Assembly: GCA_000999095.1 (NCBI GenBank)
Contig: LCFP01000002.1
Span: 5,736 to 69,735 of the forward strand
Length of the DNA stretch: 64,000 nt
Source of the DNA: Candidatus Gottesmanbacteria bacterium GW2011_GWA2_43_14
GTDB lineage: Bacteria > Patescibacteriota > Microgenomatia > 2-02-FULL-39-11
Reading direction: 5' to 3'
The notes beneath the pieces are model-generated. The model searched no databases. It was not told where the DNA came from and was given only the letters and a program-made list of their open reading frames with translations. The position numbers and the translations under genes are program-made. Every line of letters begins with the position of its first letter. Within the stretch, counting starts at the first letter, position 1. This document shows positions 58,904 to 64,000 of the stretch, piece after piece.

Positions 58904-58987
58904 TGGGTAAAATTTCGATCCTTGTGACCAGCCTCGACTAGTCGTCGAGTCTAGACGGGCCTAGATGAATCATCAAAATAGTTTACT

Positions 58988-59111
58988 CTGAGCACTTTCG
59001 ATAAACTCAGTGTAAATTTGTCGAAGGGCTCTCTTAAAGTAAGCAAAGCTTGCCTTTTGCTACCGCAAAACGTAAGAGCCTGTCCTGAGCGATCCTGAGC
59101 TTGTCGAAGGA
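58988..59111. repeat. REP-like palindromic units (CTGAGC..GTCGAAGG)
   Basis: ctgagcactttcgataaactcag..ttgtcgaaggg and cctgagcgatcctgagcttgtcgaagga. Confidence 0.55.
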
Positions 59112-59192
59112 TACTTTCACCACAAGGATCATTCGGTAAAAGTATTATATCTGTTTCTCGGCTGATAACACAATTGCCACTTAAGAAATTAT

Positions 59193-59700
59193 CTAGGGAT
59201 GTGAGTTCGGCAGAGGTCTTAAATCTTTAAATTCCAAATTCGGTCTAATCTCTCTAGTTGGTTGTTCACTATTTCTGTTAATCCAAATAGCATTAAAACC
59301 CTGTTCTTTGGCTGGGATAATATCATGAATATAGCTGGCGGCTACATGAAGTACTTCCTCTTTTTTAGTACTAAATCTTTTAAGCATTTCCTGCCAGTGT
59401 CCATGAGCTGGTTTATAAGAGCCAACTTCTTCAGCAGTTACCACCCCATCAAAGTCAATTCCCATTAGTTTAATTGATCTTTTAATAATTTCATTATCAA
59501 TGTTGGAGAGAATTATAAGTTTATAGCCCTTTTGTTTTAACTCAGCTAAAAAGTCATGCGTTTCTGGAAAAGGTTGCCAGTTATAAATGGAATCTGCAAA
59601 CTCAAGAGCATTTTCGTCTGAAATGTAAAAACCTATTTGTTTTAAAAGTTTTTTGGCTGAAAGTTGTAAAACTTCATAATATTTTCTATCTCTTCTATAC
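59193..59700 (-). pseudogene. 5'-truncated HAD-family (haloacid dehalogenase type II-like) hydrolase
   Basis: Open frame '..WQPFPETHDFLAELK..LIILSNID..FDGVVTAEEVGSYKP..LHVAASY.HDI..WINR'; motif I and start codon missing. Confidence 0.75.
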
Positions 59701-59799
59701 GCTTATATTCTGATGAGTGCATTTTTTTGCGAGTTAATATTTCAATACAGTCGTGTTACTATTAATGATTATCTGATCCCATATATTTAATCAGTAATT

Positions 59800-61299
59800 A
59801 TGTCAAAAAAATCTTATTGTTATTTGTTTGCAACGGTTATGCTAGGCGTATTCCTGCGGCTTTATCGGTTCCCACAAACGTTAATTTTAGGTACCGATCA
59901 GGGAGGTGCCTATATATTAGCTGATAGAATAATCAACCAGGGTCATATTTTATTGGTAGGTCCTCTAACTAGTCTTTTGCAGGTTAATCTTTTACCGCCT
60001 GCTTTTTATTATATCGTGACTTTTGTTTATCTTCTCTTTAGAAGTGAAATCAGTGTATCTCTTGCCTTTTCATTTGCCGGAATTGTCTCTGTTATTCTTA
60101 TTTATTTTCTAGGTAAAAATATATTCAATGCTAAAAGCGGCTTAATTTCGGCATTAACATATGCCGTTTCTCAATCCATGGTCTGGTACGGCCGTAATAT
60201 GTGGGAGCCCCATCTGGTCCCTTTTTTTGTCATTTTGTCATTATTATTTCTATTTAAAGCCAAAAATCAAACTAAATTAATATTTCTTCACCTATCGTTA
60301 TTCTTTTTTTTCCTCAGTTTTCTTTACGTTTCATCATTACTTTTATTACCTGTTTATTATTTCTGCTTTGCTTATTTTTATAAATCAGTTAAATCGTCAG
60401 TACGCTGGCCGTATATTAAAACTGTATTATTATTTCTTATATACGGCGGTCTTGTTTATCTTCCGGTTATTATTTTCGAGCATACCCGTTCATATCCGTC
60501 CTTAAATTATCTCTTCCAGGTATTGCAAGGTAAAACTGAATATGTTTCTTTTCAAAGTCCAAATTATTTGACTTCGGTAACTACCCATATTTTTCTCTTT
60601 ATAAATTCCATCTTCATCAATGTTAATATTTTCCAGTCACTAATTATATTTATTATATTTATAGGACTTGTTTCTTATATAACTGTAAAAACAAAAAATA
60701 ACCGCTTTAATCTGTTTGTATTATTAATGTTTTTCATCATAGCTTTTTTACTGTCCGGATTATACAGCCAAAAACCTTCAGACTATAGACTGGCCAGTCT
60801 TTATCCGGTATTTTTTTTATTGATTGGTGCCGTTACAAAAGCCGGAAATCGAACTATTTTATTTTTGATTATTTTTATAATAATTGCATTAAATATAAAA
60901 TCAACTCTCGATAGTATAAGAAACCTTAATCTGCAAAATTATCTGCATGCCTACCGTGTTGCAACAGAAATTCTTATCCGGTCTGAGAATCAAAAATTCA
61001 CCATCTATACCGTTAAACCCTTCGATTTTAGCAATTTCCATTCTACCCCATATTGGTGGGCATTGGAGAAACTTACGGGGAAAAGATTAATTACTTTAAA
61101 TGATAGGGGTAACTGGATTAACCAGGATTTAGATTTAAATAGCAGTCTGATTTACTTAATCTGCAGTGATACGGAAAATAAATCTTCATTTCAGGATAAA
61201 TGTTTAGACTATTTTGCTTCAAGCTATCGGTTATCTGACCCGGTAAAATATTTTTCCATTGATAATGCCACCGTCTATGAGTTTCAGGGAATCTATTGA
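59800..61299 (+). CDS. ArnT/PMT-like (GT39/GT83) membrane glycosyltransferase
   Basis: 'FLRLYR..GTDQG', 'LVGP', 'PPAFYY', 'WEPH'; many TM segments. Confidence 0.7.
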   Translation: MSKKSYCYLFATVMLGVFLRLYRFPQTLILGTDQGGAYILADRIINQGHILLVGPLTSLLQVNLLPPAFYYIVTFVYLLFRSEISVSLAFSFAGIVSVILIYFLGKNIFNAKSGLISALTYAVSQSMVWYGRNMWEPHLVPFFVILSLLFLFKAKNQTKLIFLHLSLFFFFLSFLYVSSLLLLPVYYFCFAYFYKSVKSSVRWPYIKTVLLFLIYGGLVYLPVIIFEHTRSYPSLNYLFQVLQGKTEYVSFQSPNYLTSVTTHIFLFINSIFINVNIFQSLIIFIIFIGLVSYITVKTKNNRFNLFVLLMFFIIAFLLSGLYSQKPSDYRLASLYPVFFLLIGAVTKAGNRTILFLIIFIIIALNIKSTLDSIRNLNLQNYLHAYRVATEILIRSENQKFTIYTVKPFDFSNFHSTPYWWALEKLTGKRLITLNDRGNWINQDLDLNSSLIYLICSDTENKSSFQDKCLDYFASSYRLSDPVKYFSIDNATVYEFQGIY

Positions 61300-61389
61300 T
61301 ACGGCGTAGTGAAATTGTTAATTGGAATTCCAGATTAGCTTGCTGTTCTTTGGGAAGATCAGTACCAGTTACGGGTATACCGGATACGG

Positions 61390-62017
61390 TTTGCTGTTGA
61401 AACTCAAATTTAGCTTGGGATAGATAGCTTCAAGCCCCATCTCCCGCAATTGTCTGTGATGAGAACAGTAATATCTTTGAAGCCTGCAAATACGTCTATC
61501 CCCAGGCTGCAGTTCAGCTATGCCAGAATCATTAACAAGGAGAATATCCGAAGATCACTTGATCTTACTGTTAATCAGCAATATTTAGGCTTTATGAGGT
61601 AAATTGAAGAACTTTTTTCCTTCAAAAGATCTCCGGACGATTTTAACCGGAAAGCCAAGAATATCTTGAAAGAATATGAAGGGAATTTTTTATGTATTTC
61701 CATTATGGTTTCAATCTACCGTAACCAGCAACTTCTTCTTGGTTGGAGAGAAGGCAAGCATATTCCAACCACCACCAATCTCATTGAATGTTTTAATTCC
61801 CATCTTCAAGGAAGACTTAAAACCATCTAGGGATTTGAAAGTTTTAAACATGCGGATTTATGGCTTAATGGATACTTCCTAAGACGGAGATTAAAGATAT
61901 TTACCAGTTGTCAGGGTAAATTCAGAAGTTTGAACGGTCACAGCAGCCTGCAAAAAGCGAAAATACCTAATGTTGATATACCGGCCTATTTCGATGAAAA
62001 ACGAGACCGTTTTTGAA
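61390..62017 (+). mobile_element. Degraded IS256/Mutator-like transposase remnant
   Basis: 'IVCDENSNI..VQLCQNH*' (D and CxxH) and 'TTNLIECFNSHL..RLKTI*GFES..LWLNGY..LNG'; several internal stops. Confidence 0.7.
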
Positions 62018-62029
62018 CGATGGCTTTTT

Positions 62030-62104
62030 TGGTGAGCGCAGGAGGATTCGAACCTCCAACCGACTCCTTAAGAGGGAGTTGCTCTACCGTTGAGCTATGC
62101 GCCC
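62030..62104 (-). tRNA. tRNA-Lys(CTT)
   Basis: ACTCC-CTCTTAA-GGAGT; CCA. Confidence 0.95.
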
Positions 62105-62179
62105 TGGCGCGCCCAGAGGGAATCGAACCCCCATCATCCCGTCCGAAGCGGGATACTTTATCCGTTAAGCTATGGGCGC
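62105..62179 (-). tRNA. tRNA-Arg(TCG)
   Basis: TCCCG-CTTCGGA-CGGGA; CCA; zero-nt spacer to tRNA-Lys. Confidence 0.93.
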
Positions 62180-62237
62180 ATTCCATGGCTATTATAGCAT
62201 TTTAAGCCTTAAAAAAGAGTTGAGCTATAATATATAA

Positions 62238-63284
62238 ATGGACTGGCGAAACTGGCAAATCCGTGAGGAAATAATCTGGCAGATAAGAAATCATTTCAGA
62301 AGCAAAGGATTCAAGGAAGCGGAAACGCCGCTGATAAGGCCTACTTTGATACCCGAATCTTATCTGGAAGTATTTACCACCAAACTCATGGACCGGAACA
62401 GGCAGGAAAAAGAAATGTATTTAATTACCTCCCCGGAAGCTTCCCTGAAAAAATTACTCTCTGCCGGATTCGGCAATTGTTTTGAAATTACCAAGGTATT
62501 CCGCAATACGGAAACGGATTCGGATACCCACCAACCGGAATTTACCATGCTTGAATGGTACAGGGTAGGGAGCAATTATCTGAAGATTATGTCCGATTGT
62601 GTTGAACTGTTTAATTATTTATGGCGGTCTCTTACGGAAAAAAAACTCGTCACAGCCCCTGCCGACGGAACATTTAAATATGCCGGCAAGTCTATCAATT
62701 TCAAACAACCCTGGTTAAAAATAAGTGTCTCTGAAGCTTTAGAAAAATTTGCCGATATTAATTTCAATGATATCACCCATAAAGACGGCAAAGACAGTCT
62801 GACCAGATTTCCGGCGGCCAAGTTGGCGGCAGTCTGCGTCAAAAAAGGATATAAAGTAACTGCAGATAATTCTTGGGAAGAATTATTCAATCAGGTCTAT
62901 TTAAATGAAATCGAACCACGTCTTAACCTTAAAGTACCGGTAATAATATACGATTTTCCCCAACCAATGGCAGCCTTGGCCAAATTAAAAAAAGAAGATC
63001 ATAGGCTAGCCGAAAGATTTGAACTTTATATCGGCGGGCTGGAACTGGCTGACTGTTACAGTGAACTGACCGATTGGCGGGAACAGCAGACCCGCTTTGA
63101 AGAGGAGACAAAATTACGAAAAAAGGCAGGCAAGACAGACGTCGTCTGGGACAGGGAATTTATTGAGGCATTGAAATCAGGCCTACCGGATTGTGCCGGT
63201 GTGGCTTTAGGAATAGACCGGACCGCCATGCTTTTTGCCGATTGCACCAATATCCGGGATGTCCTCCTGTTTCCATTTGCCTAG
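62238..63284 (+). CDS. epmA: EF-P lysyl-aminoacylase EpmA/GenX-like (LysRS catalytic domain only)
   Basis: 'YLITSPE', 'FRN.E..HQPEFTMLEWY', 'AERFELY', 'GVALGIDR'; no anticodon domain; adjacent to efp. Confidence 0.88.
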   Translation: MDWRNWQIREEIIWQIRNHFRSKGFKEAETPLIRPTLIPESYLEVFTTKLMDRNRQEKEMYLITSPEASLKKLLSAGFGNCFEITKVFRNTETDSDTHQPEFTMLEWYRVGSNYLKIMSDCVELFNYLWRSLTEKKLVTAPADGTFKYAGKSINFKQPWLKISVSEALEKFADINFNDITHKDGKDSLTRFPAAKLAAVCVKKGYKVTADNSWEELFNQVYLNEIEPRLNLKVPVIIYDFPQPMAALAKLKKEDHRLAERFELYIGGLELADCYSELTDWREQQTRFEEETKLRKKAGKTDVVWDREFIEALKSGLPDCAGVALGIDRTAMLFADCTNIRDVLLFPFA

Positions 63285-63312
63285 CCATTTTTGTATAATA
63301 CGGTTTACTCTT

Positions 63313-63882
63313 ATGGCAAAAGTCTCAACCAGCGGCTTTCAAAAAGGCATGTTTATTCTCTTCCGCGGAGAAATCACTCAGATTGTCTCATTCCAGCATG
63401 TCAATCCCGGCAAAGGTTCAGCCTTTGTCAGGACTAAACTCAGAAACCTGAAAACAGGCAATGCCATTGAGTTCACTTATAAATCGGGTGAACAGGCTGA
63501 ACAAATTCCCGTTTTTGTCAAGGAATTGCAGTATCTTTATAAAGAAGGCAGCCATTTTGTCTTTATGGACAACCAAAGTTATGAGCAGATTTCCCTGGGT
63601 GACGCCATAATCGGCGATTTCGGCAGATTTATGAAGGAGGGAGAAATTTACCAGGTTTATATGCACAATGAAAACGGCTTGGGATTGAGATTTCCCAAAA
63701 AAGTCAAACTGAAAGTGACTGAAGCGGATGAAGCAGTTAAGGGCAACACCGTTTCCGGTGCTAAAAAAATGGTTGTTGTGGAAACCGGTGCCAAAGTGGC
63801 TGTTCCCCTTTTTATCAAGACAGGAGAAGTCATTTCTGTTGACCCTGAAACAGGTGAGTACGTCGAACGCGTTAATGAATAA
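63313..63882 (+). CDS. efp: Elongation factor P
   Basis: 'HVNPGKGSAFVRTK', 'KGNT', 'VPLFI..GE...V....GEYVER'. Confidence 0.95.
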   Translation: MAKVSTSGFQKGMFILFRGEITQIVSFQHVNPGKGSAFVRTKLRNLKTGNAIEFTYKSGEQAEQIPVFVKELQYLYKEGSHFVFMDNQSYEQISLGDAIIGDFGRFMKEGEIYQVYMHNENGLGLRFPKKVKLKVTEADEAVKGNTVSGAKKMVVVETGAKVAVPLFIKTGEVISVDPETGEYVERVNE

Positions 63883-64000
63883 ATTTTCTGCAAATTTGAC
63901 ATCTTTTTCTCTTTGTGGCATCCTCTTTTAGATGAAACTGCTCATTCTCGGCCTTCTATGGGCGCCTACGACTTTTATTCTCCTGACCCTTTCGATGATG

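Noticed and set aside
58924-58950. gtga-N16-gtcgagt as an att site for tRNA-Lys
   Set aside because: The spacing fits, but the sequence is also explained by a local hairpin and the fic heptamer repeats; a single weak instance.
1-64000. Stop-codon reassignment (genetic code 25/4)
   Set aside because: Core genes such as manB, uvrB and lepA end at TGA, and long ORFs are intact under code 11; internal stops in the pseudogenes are mostly TAA/TAG.

Overview
This 64 kb window reads as chromosome from a small-genome bacterium using genetic code 11. Gene content points to Patescibacteria/CPR, probably Microgenomates-like (inference: dockerin, GT39 and YfhO surface proteins, short UvrC, many genes with no Shine-Dalgarno). 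The core contains a gluconeogenesis-oriented carbon cluster (pgm/pmm, pgi/pmi, ppsA, eno, archaeal-type FBP aldolase/phosphatase, acs, gpmA, gap, pgk). It also has lexA divergent from uvrBAC, a yvcK-secG-ABC binding protein stretch, a MacAB-like ABC exporter, hflX, lepA, epmA-efp and 14 tRNAs. The main finding lies downstream of tRNA-Glu, tRNA-Leu(TAA) and tRNA-Gln. There, single accessory genes are separated by co-oriented ~27-bp sites that copy the adjacent tRNA's 3' 4-mer and its T-loop motif, spaced 16 nt apart instead of the tRNA's 11 nt. This +5 bp offset is the known attP-versus-attB geometry of large serine recombinases. Probable recombinase C-terminal scraps run in frame into these sites, but no intact recombinase is present. 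The pattern suggests integron-like, tRNA-anchored arrays of non-autonomous gene cassettes. All calls come from reading the sequence by eye; no searches were run.
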